Assembly (NCBI GenBank): GCA_021772985.1
Contig: JAJFKX010000014.1
Span: 78,481 to 142,480, forward strand
DNA length: 64,000 nucleotides
DNA from: Gammaproteobacteria bacterium
GTDB taxonomy: Bacteria; Pseudomonadota; Gammaproteobacteria; Xanthomonadales; Wenzhouxiangellaceae
Reading direction: 5' to 3'
Below are positions 27,072 through 35,657 of this stretch, in pieces. The notes under the pieces are model-generated. The model did not search any database. It was not told the origin of the DNA and was given only the letters and a program-made list of their open reading frames with translations. A program made the translations under genes and the position numbers. Numbering within the stretch: position 1 is the first letter of the stretch; every line of letters starts with the position of its first letter.

Positions 27072-28505
27072 ATGAGGCGACGTTCACACAATGGCATGCT
27101 GGCGGCTAGCATACGCCAGCTATCGATGCAGTCAGCCAGGCTGTTGCGTTCCCGACCCCGGCTCACACTGCTGGGTATTGGCTTGCTGCTTATTGGACTT
27201 GGCTTGGGGGTTTTTCTGGATGACTCCAAAACAGCCAGCAAATCTCCGCAAGCCGTATTAGAACACGGGCAAAATTTAACCCTGCCTATAGATAACAACG
27301 CATCTGCGCCGGTTAACCTGCCAATACTGCCATCAGATAGCCCGGTTGTTGAAGCGATCAGGGTTGAACAAGCCGCCGAACCATTGACTGATCAACGCAA
27401 TTGGCAAGCGGTTACGATTAGCAGTGGAGACAATCTGGGGGCTATATTCAAACAACGGGCATTATCGGCTTCCCTGGTGCACAAAATCATCAACCTCAAC
27501 GATGACACCAAGCGCCTGACCCGATTGAATGTTGGTGAAATAATCGAGATCGACTATGACGATAACGGTCAGTTCAGTGCCTTGCGGCGGTCTAATACCG
27601 AGCAGGATTGGTTGATCATCGAACAAACCGGCGAGCAACTATCCTCACATTTGGTTGCTCGTGCCATTACCTCCCGGGAACGGGAAGCCAAAGGTGTTAT
27701 CACCGGCAACCTGTTTACTTCCGGCAAACAGGCAGGCCTGCGTGATGCGCTGATTATGCAGCTGGCCAGGATATTCGGCTGGGATATCGATTTCGCGCTG
27801 GATATCAGACGTGGTGACCGCTTTGTAGTTATTTATGAAGAAATCTGGCGTGATGGTGAATATCTTCGTGATGGCGAAATTGTTGCCACCAGTTTTGTAA
27901 ACCGGGGAGATACCTTTCAGGCGTTGCGCTTTGATGCCGGTAACGGCACCGATTACTATGCCGCTGATGGACGCCCGATGCGCAAAGCGTTTTTGCGCAC
28001 ACCGCTGGATTTTGCGCTGGTCACGTCCAACTTTAATCCACGCCGGATGCACCCGGTGCTCAAACGGGTACGCCCTCACAACGGGGTTGATTATCGAGCG
28101 CCTACCGGTACACCGGTTTATGCCACCGGCGATGGTACCGTCATTGACTCGGCTTACAGCAACCCTAACGGCAATTATGTATTTATCCGACACACCAATG
28201 ATATTGTGACCAAATACCTGCACTTCAGCCGACGGGCGGTCAACAAAGGCCAGCGTGTTAAACAAGGTCAAACGATTGGTTACAGCGGCTCAACCGGACT
28301 GGCCTCGGCACCGCACCTGCATTATGAATTTGTGGTAGGTGGGGTACACCGGAATCCACGCACTGTGGATTTGCCCGAAGCCATTTCATTAAGCGCTGAG
28401 CAAGCTCAAAAACTACTGGCACAACATCAAAACACCCTGGCTGTACTGGCAGAACTGGACGCCGGCCAGCAGGCCATGGCATCCAGTATTGCCGCCGGCC
28501 AATAA
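27072..28505 (+). CDS. M23-family murein endopeptidase with an OapA/LysM-like region
   Basis: HNGVDYRAPTGTPVYATGDGTV and GSTGLASAPHLHYEF zinc-site motifs. N-terminal TM anchor. Confidence 0.9.
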   Translation: MRRRSHNGMLAASIRQLSMQSARLLRSRPRLTLLGIGLLLIGLGLGVFLDDSKTASKSPQAVLEHGQNLTLPIDNNASAPVNLPILPSDSPVVEAIRVEQAAEPLTDQRNWQAVTISSGDNLGAIFKQRALSASLVHKIINLNDDTKRLTRLNVGEIIEIDYDDNGQFSALRRSNTEQDWLIIEQTGEQLSSHLVARAITSREREAKGVITGNLFTSGKQAGLRDALIMQLARIFGWDIDFALDIRRGDRFVVIYEEIWRDGEYLRDGEIVATSFVNRGDTFQALRFDAGNGTDYYAADGRPMRKAFLRTPLDFALVTSNFNPRRMHPVLKRVRPHNGVDYRAPTGTPVYATGDGTVIDSAYSNPNGNYVFIRHTNDIVTKYLHFSRRAVNKGQRVKQGQTIGYSGSTGLASAPHLHYEFVVGGVHRNPRTVDLPEAISLSAEQAQKLLAQHQNTLAVLAELDAGQQAMASSIAAGQ

Positions 28506-28523
28506 CATCAAACAGCACTGCTG

Positions 28524-29657
28524 ATGAACCAGCAAGCGAGCCACTTTGTCGGTCTTATATCCGGCACCAGCGCGGATGGTGTTGATGCAGCTGCGGTCAG
28601 ATTTATTGATGGCCAATGCCATATCGATGCGTTTCATACCTATCCATACCCGACTGAACTGATAAACCAGCTGCAACCATTGTTGGATGCTCAGCAGTGC
28701 CCGGATTTGTTAACCCTGGGCAGTCTTGATGCAAAAATTGCTGATGCATTTGAGCTGGCTGCTCGAACAATTATTGAACAGGCGGGCTGGTCTTCCGATA
28801 ACGTTGTCGCCATCGGCAGTCACGGGCAAACCATTTGTCACGGCGCAGATGCCAACCCGCCGTTTTCTCTACAACTGGGCGACCCTAATCGCATTGCCTA
28901 TCAAACCGACATACCGGTAGTTGCAGATTTTCGCCGTATGGATTTGGCTGCTGGGGGTCAGGCTGCACCGTTTGCACCATTAATCCATGCCGCGCTATTT
29001 CATCAATCAGGTTATGCCAAAAACACTGCCCAGGCTGTGGTTAATATCGGTGGTATTGCCAATATTACCTGGCTTCCAAAAACCGCCGACAGTCCAATAC
29101 TTGGTTTTGATTGTGGCCCCGGTAACTGCCTGATGGACGCCTGGTGCCGGCTGCAGCGGCAGCAAGCGTACGATCCAGGTGGTCATTGGGCCGCAAGTGG
29201 GCAAGCACAATCCAGTTTGCTGGCGACTTTATTGCAAGATGAATACTTACAGCGCCTGCCACCCAAAAGCACCGGTCGTGAGTACTTCACTCTGCAGTGG
29301 TTACTCCAATATTGTTCCCAGCTGAACGAGCTGAAACCGGCTGATGTACAAGCCACCCTGTTGCAGTTAACCGCTACCAGTATTTGCGTCGCCATTGCCA
29401 GTTGCGGGCAACCTGAGCGAATCATTATTTGCGGCGGTGGGGTACATAATCATGTCTTAATGCAGGCGCTGGCTGAACAACTCCCCGACAGCACCGTAAT
29501 CAGCAGCACTCAGCTAGGTGTATCCGCAGATGCGATGGAAGCATTGCTGTTTGCCTGGCTGGCCAAACAGCGTATCACTGAACAATTGATTGATACCCGT
29601 AGCATCACGGGGGCAAGTGAACCAGTATTGCTTGGCAGCATTTTTCGTTCACGATAA
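28524..29657 (+). CDS. anmK: Anhydro-N-acetylmuramic acid kinase
   Basis: N-terminal GLISGTSADGVDAA motif; 377 aa. Conserved position next to the M23 peptidase and tyrS, as in pseudomonads. Confidence 0.9.
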   Translation: MNQQASHFVGLISGTSADGVDAAAVRFIDGQCHIDAFHTYPYPTELINQLQPLLDAQQCPDLLTLGSLDAKIADAFELAARTIIEQAGWSSDNVVAIGSHGQTICHGADANPPFSLQLGDPNRIAYQTDIPVVADFRRMDLAAGGQAAPFAPLIHAALFHQSGYAKNTAQAVVNIGGIANITWLPKTADSPILGFDCGPGNCLMDAWCRLQRQQAYDPGGHWAASGQAQSSLLATLLQDEYLQRLPPKSTGREYFTLQWLLQYCSQLNELKPADVQATLLQLTATSICVAIASCGQPERIIICGGGVHNHVLMQALAEQLPDSTVISSTQLGVSADAMEALLFAWLAKQRITEQLIDTRSITGASEPVLLGSIFRSR

Positions 29658-29938
29658 GCTGGCGCAACAAACAGTATAATTCTTAACCACGGCATGATCT
29701 GACCAGCTCTTAAAAATAAAGCCGAGCTTCAGTGTTAGACAGCATCTTTCAATCCTGCTCGACAGTATCCCAAAACATCACTAATCTTGATATCCCATCC
29801 AGCACCTGGTTACTGCTTGGATTTAGATCATCACGACATCGTGACGCTAGACTATATAAAGCGATCCAATCTGAGTTGAATTATTCCAAAACAGTACGTT
29901 ATTGACCTAACTTGCGAAATACGCCTAAGTGATCAAAA

Positions 29939-31117
29939 TCAGGTCCGCAATGCAGTTGCAATTGGCATACGGGCAGCGCGTAACGCTGGTGTTAACCCGC
30001 CAAACAAGCCAATCAATAACGCGAGCAATACGCCTTGCAACAGTAGGTCCCGGGTAATGGCAAAGTCAAATACCACCTGGGTAAAACTGGTGAAATTCAA
30101 GGTTGATACAGTAAAGCCGTTAAACAACACATAGGCTATGCCGGCACCCAGCAAACCACCCAGCAATGCCAACAACATCGCCTCCACCAGCACAGACACC
30201 ACAATCGCAAACCTGGAAAAACCCAGCGCCCGCAATGTGGCAATTTCGCGGGTGCGGTCAGATACTGCTGAATACATGGTATTCAACGCACCAAAAATTG
30301 CACCCAGCGCCATCAATATGGCAATGACATAACCAATCCCGGACACAAATCCTGACAGCGCTCCAGATTGTTCAGCAAAAAACTCTGCTTCACGCTCCAC
30401 TGTAACCGACAATCGCGGGTCGGCGGTCAACACATCCTTAAACTCCGCCAACGCATCAATATAGCTCAAGCGAGCGTACACCGAGGCATAATTATTGCCA
30501 CGCCGGAAAGCCCCCTGCACCACCGCAGCGTCGGCCCATAATTCCGATTCAATAGAACCTCCCTGGCCGCTAAAACTGCCAACCACATCCCAGCGTTCTT
30601 GTCCCAGTGCCAGAGTGGTACCTACTACCAGGTCATCGAATTGATCCAGCGCACCGCGCCCAACAATCAATTCCTTACGGCCCGGCTCAAACATTCGCCC
30701 ATCGAGCAACTGGAAACCATCACGCAACGCCACACCATTTGGGCTGATGCCGCGCATTGGCACATTCGCCGTGGTGCCGGTGGTTTTTTTGCGCAGGTCA
30801 ACCATGGTGTACAACTCAGCTGACGCCAGTGGTTGTCCGTTAACCTGCAACAGACCCGGCGCCTGTTGAATAATGTCGGCCTGCTCACCGCTCAAACCGG
30901 AATTCAGTTCCGAACTGGCGCCGGAACGCAACACCACCACATTGTCCTCTGAGCCCACCACACTCAAGGTGCGCTCAAATCCCCTGGCAATCGACAATAC
31001 CGCTACCAATACCGCCACTACTCCGGCAACACCTACAACCAGCACAATAGAAGAACCCAGGCGCTGGGAAATACTGCGCAGGTTCTGCATGGTGATTTCA
31101 AAAACCTGTCCCATCAC
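29939..31117 (-). CDS. FtsX/MacB-type ABC permease
   Basis: 392 aa with TM / periplasmic domain / 3-TM layout. Last gene of the seven-gene minus-strand operon. Confidence 0.8.
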   Translation of the reverse strand: MMGQVFEITMQNLRSISQRLGSSIVLVVGVAGVVAVLVAVLSIARGFERTLSVVGSEDNVVVLRSGASSELNSGLSGEQADIIQQAPGLLQVNGQPLASAELYTMVDLRKKTTGTTANVPMRGISPNGVALRDGFQLLDGRMFEPGRKELIVGRGALDQFDDLVVGTTLALGQERWDVVGSFSGQGGSIESELWADAAVVQGAFRRGNNYASVYARLSYIDALAEFKDVLTADPRLSVTVEREAEFFAEQSGALSGFVSGIGYVIAILMALGAIFGALNTMYSAVSDRTREIATLRALGFSRFAIVVSVLVEAMLLALLGGLLGAGIAYVLFNGFTVSTLNFTSFTQVVFDFAITRDLLLQGVLLALLIGLFGGLTPALRAARMPIATALRT

Positions 31118-32274
31118 TACCTCCGCGCCAGCGCTTCAACCACATTTAAACGCATCGCTCGTACTCCTGGAATCAAACCGGTCACCAAGCCCAGCAACAA
31201 GGCCAGGATCAGACCGATCAACACTGTCTGCGGGGTCATCGCCAATCCAGGTAAAAATTGAGCCATTGCAGTACGTGCACCACCGATGATCAGATAACCC
31301 ATCAACAAACCCAGCAAGCCACCCAGCAATGCCAGGCACAAACTCTCACCCAGCACCAACCTGACTACACGCTGGTCGGTGAAACCGATGGTCTTCATCA
31401 CTGCCAGTTCATTGGTACGCTCCCGCACCGACTGCGCCATTGCATTGCCGGAGACCAGCAACAGGGTAAAAAACACGCACGCCAAAATGGCCATAACCAT
31501 CAACCCGATATTTCCGAACTGAGCTGCAAAACCGGCTATCCAGCCTTTCTCACTGGAGGTTTTGGTTTCCGTTGAGGAATTGGCAAAGCGCTCATCGATC
31601 AACCGGGTAATACCTTCAGAGTTGGCCGGGTCGGCAATCTTGGTAACAATCCAGCCGATAGAATCCTGACCAAATGCGCGTGCTTCGTTGAAGTAGTCGT
31701 AGTGCATATATGCCTGCAACTCATCGGAACCGTCACCAACACCCTGATAAGTAGCAACAATTTCAAAATCCCAGAAATACTCGCCATTCTGTTGCGGGTA
31801 TATGGTCGAACCCAATGGTAGCCGCTGGCCGATTTCCCAGCCGTTATTGCGCATCATCAACTCTCCTACCAGTAACCCGGTTCGGGTTTGCAACAGTTGT
31901 TGCCACTGCTGCTGATCAATCTGAAATTCCGGGTATACCTGGCGCAGCGTTTCCAGCTCAGTAGGAAACAAGCCGAACTGGGCTTTGGGATCCTGATAGT
32001 AGGCTCCAAACCAGCTGTAATGTGCGATGTGCTGGACACCATCAATTGCAGATATTCGATTGACATAACTCATCGGCAATGGCTGGATGAACGATACCTT
32101 GTGCATGGTAATCAAGCGATCCGCGCCAGCCAGATCCAAACCCAACCGATAGGCATGATTCAAGGCGTTTAATAATGCAAACAGGATAAATGCAACGATC
32201 ACCGACAACAGGGTCAGCAAAGTGCGGGTTTTCTTACGGCCCAAATTTTTTCGAATGAGGTGCAGACTGTTCAT
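31117..32274 (-). CDS. FtsX/MacB-type ABC permease
   Basis: 385 aa, same layout. 1-nt overlaps with both neighbours. Confidence 0.8.
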   Translation of the reverse strand: MNSLHLIRKNLGRKKTRTLLTLLSVIVAFILFALLNALNHAYRLGLDLAGADRLITMHKVSFIQPLPMSYVNRISAIDGVQHIAHYSWFGAYYQDPKAQFGLFPTELETLRQVYPEFQIDQQQWQQLLQTRTGLLVGELMMRNNGWEIGQRLPLGSTIYPQQNGEYFWDFEIVATYQGVGDGSDELQAYMHYDYFNEARAFGQDSIGWIVTKIADPANSEGITRLIDERFANSSTETKTSSEKGWIAGFAAQFGNIGLMVMAILACVFFTLLLVSGNAMAQSVRERTNELAVMKTIGFTDQRVVRLVLGESLCLALLGGLLGLLMGYLIIGGARTAMAQFLPGLAMTPQTVLIGLILALLLGLVTGLIPGVRAMRLNVVEALARR

Positions 32275-32957
32275 CAGGCTGCCTCGGCCAATCGGCCTTT
32301 GTCCAGTTGGACAATACGTTTGGCATAGGCTGCGGCCGCAGGATCATGGGTAACCATGATGATGGTCTTGCCATGCGTTTCATTAAGTACTTTCAATAAC
32401 TGCAGGATTTCATCAGCGGTTTCCCGATCAAGATCACCGGTTGGCTCATCTGCCAGCAACAGGCTCGGGTCGCTGACAATCGCACGGGCAATCGCCACCC
32501 GCTGTTCCTGCCCACCGGACAACTCCCGTGGATAGTGTTTGGCGCGGTCTTCCAAGCCGACAATTTTGAGCGCATTCAACACCCTTTCACGGCGTTCCTG
32601 ACGTGACATTTTCTTCAACAGCAGCGGCAATTCCACGTTGCTTTGGGCAGTCAGCACTGGCAGCAGGTTATAGAATTGAAAAATAAAGCCCACCTGTTCA
32701 GCACGCCAATGAGCCAGTTGACGACTGGACAGATCATCGATACGCATATTATCAACCCGGATTTCACCGGCACTGGGTTGGTCCAACCCTCCGATCAGGT
32801 TTAATAAAGTGGTTTTCCCCGAACCTGATGGCCCCATCATAGCCACAAAATCCCCACTGGGAACTGTTAATTCCAGACCGTGAAGCACTTCGACCTTTTC
32901 TTTACCCTTGTGAAAATTCTTAACCACCTGGGTAACCTGAACGGCACCTTTGCTCAT
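32274..32957 (-). CDS. ABC transporter ATP-binding protein (MacB/LolD-type)
   Basis: [35 protein letters not shown]. Confidence 0.9.
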   Translation of the reverse strand: MSKGAVQVTQVVKNFHKGKEKVEVLHGLELTVPSGDFVAMMGPSGSGKTTLLNLIGGLDQPSAGEIRVDNMRIDDLSSRQLAHWRAEQVGFIFQFYNLLPVLTAQSNVELPLLLKKMSRQERRERVLNALKIVGLEDRAKHYPRELSGGQEQRVAIARAIVSDPSLLLADEPTGDLDRETADEILQLLKVLNETHGKTIIMVTHDPAAAAYAKRIVQLDKGRLAEAA

Positions 32958-34210
32958 GACTTCTCTCCAATGATTGTTACGCGCTGACCTGCGGTCAACT
33001 CAACGCCCGATAGATCCGCTACGATACTCTCGTTGGCGCTCAGACCGGCAGTAATTACTGCCTGGTCGCGACGCAGCTCTCCTTGCTGCACAGCTCTGCG
33101 CTCCAGAATACCATCGTCAACTACGAATACAAAATGACCTCCTGACTCCCGAAATAAGGCTTTAACCGGGATCAGCATAGCGGTTTTGGTCTGTACCGCA
33201 TCGGTCACCAACAGGCTTTGCTGTTGATCAAGAAAACGCACTTTCACCCCCATATCCGGCAATACCCGATTGTCCTTTTCCAAAAGCGCCACGCGCACAC
33301 GCACGGTGGCTTTTTGACGGTCTGCAGTCGGTACGATCGCAATCACCTGCGCCGGAATATCCCAGTCTGGGTAGGCATCAAGCACTGCAGTTGCCGGCTG
33401 GGCTGCACTGATCCGCTGGATATAGGCTTCGTTAACATCCACTTCTATTTCCAGTGAATCCATATCCACGATGGTGCAGATACCGGTACGGGTAAACCCG
33501 CCACCAGCAGAAATTGGCGATACCATTTCCCCGGGTTGCGCCGCCTTGGCCACCACCACACCATCAAATGGCGCCCGAATGATCAACTCGTCAAGCATTC
33601 GCATACGCAGGTCGACGTTCCGCTGGCTCACATTGATATCATCACGCTGCGCCTGCAGCCTGGCCAGCAGGCTATCCACTGCCGTCTGTGCAGCATCCGC
33701 GTCAGCTTCACTGGTTAAATTTCGGGTTCGCAATTCGACCTGACGACGCAGGCTGCGCCGGGCATCCTGGAGGCTTACTTCGGTTTCCCCCAAGGAACTT
33801 TGTGCGGATCGCAACTGTGCTAGGGCCAGCTCCAATTGAGCCTGATCAATGGCATCATCCAGTCGCGCCAGCACCTGCCCCAGCTGTACCGCCATGCCTT
33901 CCTCTACCAGCACTTCGGTGATTTTCCCGGTCACCTTGGAAGACACTGTCGCCAGCCGTTTGGCAACCACATAACCGGAGGCATCCAAAACACTTGCACG
34001 ACTTGCCATCGAACTGATTTCGGTGATCTGTGGGTGTGCCACCTGAACCCGTACAGTTTGCGGCCATAGCAACCACCAGTACAGCGCAGCGGCCAGCAGC
34101 ACTGGCAGCATAATCATCAATCCACGAACCCAACTTAGCCTGCGCGTATCTGCGTAGCGGCTGCCTGGCTCAATCCGCAATTGATCAATCAGTTCACTCT
34201 TATCACTCAT
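32954..34210 (-). CDS. HlyD/MacA-family periplasmic adaptor
   Basis: 418 aa: TM anchor, lipoyl-like motif, coiled-coil, beta-barrel. 4-nt overlap with the ABC ATPase gene. Confidence 0.85.
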   Translation of the reverse strand: MSDKSELIDQLRIEPGSRYADTRRLSWVRGLMIMLPVLLAAALYWWLLWPQTVRVQVAHPQITEISSMASRASVLDASGYVVAKRLATVSSKVTGKITEVLVEEGMAVQLGQVLARLDDAIDQAQLELALAQLRSAQSSLGETEVSLQDARRSLRRQVELRTRNLTSEADADAAQTAVDSLLARLQAQRDDINVSQRNVDLRMRMLDELIIRAPFDGVVVAKAAQPGEMVSPISAGGGFTRTGICTIVDMDSLEIEVDVNEAYIQRISAAQPATAVLDAYPDWDIPAQVIAIVPTADRQKATVRVRVALLEKDNRVLPDMGVKVRFLDQQQSLLVTDAVQTKTAMLIPVKALFRESGGHFVFVVDDGILERRAVQQGELRRDQAVITAGLSANESIVADLSGVELTAGQRVTIIGEKS

Positions 34211-34297
34211 GCTGAATGCAACCCTGCTGCAAATCCTTATGACATCCGAGCCGATAATGATAACTGATCATACCCAACCATCCGTAAACCTGTTGCT

Positions 34298-35071
34298 TCA
34301 GCCTGTTCTGACAAATGACTCAGAACTCAAATTGGCTCTTAATTCGCGGCAAAACATCTCGCATTGGTCGTATGGAAAGAAATGCCCGCCGGTCAGCATT
34401 CTGGCTTCCGCATGCGCATCAGTCAGCTTGGTCCAAGCCTGTAACTCCACTGCATTAACCAGCGAGTCCTGTTGTCCGCCATAGGCATATAGCGGACAAG
34501 TCAGGCGCACTTCTGGCGCAAATACATAAGTTTTGTCCAAGCCAAAATCCTGACGTATCACCGGCAAATAAAGCGCCAGCATTCCAGGATCCTGAAGAAT
34601 CGCTGGAGGCGTTCCAGCGTATTTCTCCAGCAGTTGTGTTAGTTGCGCATCGGTCAACTGATCAACACTTTGACAGCCGGCAAAAAACGGCCGTGAAGCT
34701 AGTGGTGGCGCACGCCTGCCTGATACGATCAACGCATCCGGCCTGTTGGCCATGGCAGTTAATTGTGTCGCCACCTCAAATGCCAGCAATGCACCAATGC
34801 TGTGACCGTAAATAACAAAACGATCCCGGGCATAACTATTGATGGCTGCGCTGCTGGCAGCAATCAAGTCAACCAGACTGATGGACAATGGCTCTTTGAA
34901 ACGGCTGCCGCGGCCCGGCAATTCGATCGCCACCAGCTCAATCTGTGGCTGCAGTAATTCCCGGAAGCGGCGAAACACACTGGCACTGCCACCGGCATGA
35001 TGAAAACAAAACAACTGGATCGGCGCACTGCTAAAATCTTTTGTGCCTATCAACCAGGCAGACTTGTTCAT
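34298..35071 (-). CDS. Type II thioesterase (PKS/NRPS editing)
   Basis: FCFHHAGGSASVFRRF and GHSIGALLAFEV (GxSxG) motifs; 257 aa. Confidence 0.85.
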   Translation of the reverse strand: MNKSAWLIGTKDFSSAPIQLFCFHHAGGSASVFRRFRELLQPQIELVAIELPGRGSRFKEPLSISLVDLIAASSAAINSYARDRFVIYGHSIGALLAFEVATQLTAMANRPDALIVSGRRAPPLASRPFFAGCQSVDQLTDAQLTQLLEKYAGTPPAILQDPGMLALYLPVIRQDFGLDKTYVFAPEVRLTCPLYAYGGQQDSLVNAVELQAWTKLTDAHAEARMLTGGHFFPYDQCEMFCRELRANLSSESFVRTG

Positions 35072-35090
35072 TACTCAAGCAGTATCAGCA

Positions 35091-35657
35091 CTACTGCCCG
35101 GCCTGGATGCCGACCTGAAGTTCGGTGACATGCTGCTGGGCATCGAAACCTTCGCGGTTAACTGCGATTTCCCGATTTTGCCTGTTCCACTCCAGCCCCC
35201 GGTTGGCGAGTTCTGCCTGCAGCACCGACCATTGTTCAGATGCCTCCAGTGGTGAGCCCTTGAACACCATCGCCAGGCATTTGAATGGCAGTGTCTGCTT
35301 ATAGCTGTCTTCACCGGGGTCGACAGGCAGCTGCTCGATTGGTATCGCAATATCCAGATACATGGGTGTTCCGAACACCAGATGATACTCAATCGGTCCG
35401 GTTGCAGTTAAATCCAGAGCCGTTAACCGCTTCGGTAATTTGCGTCCGTACAGCCACTCCAATCGGGTAACTTCTTCCACATTTTCGATCATGTGCCGGG
35501 TGTACAGGTACTGATTTGCCGGTACGGTCTTTTCCACTATCTGTAAATCTTTCGTTGCACTGTCCGCTGGCTCGACTGCCTGCGCAAACAGCACAGCTGG
35601 ATTTAACAGCCAGCACAACAATAGCCCACCGACAAGCCGTATAAATTGAATACTCAT
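35091..35657 (-). CDS. Small secreted protein, possibly of the GyrI-like ligand-binding fold (tentative)
   Basis: 188 aa with signal peptide LLLCWLLNPAVLFAQA. ATGA overlap with the acylase gene stop. The fold call rests only on a loose pattern (FKGSPLEASEQWSVLQAELANRGLE...REI). Confidence 0.45.
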   Translation of the reverse strand: MSIQFIRLVGGLLLCWLLNPAVLFAQAVEPADSATKDLQIVEKTVPANQYLYTRHMIENVEEVTRLEWLYGRKLPKRLTALDLTATGPIEYHLVFGTPMYLDIAIPIEQLPVDPGEDSYKQTLPFKCLAMVFKGSPLEASEQWSVLQAELANRGLEWNRQNREIAVNREGFDAQQHVTELQVGIQAGQ

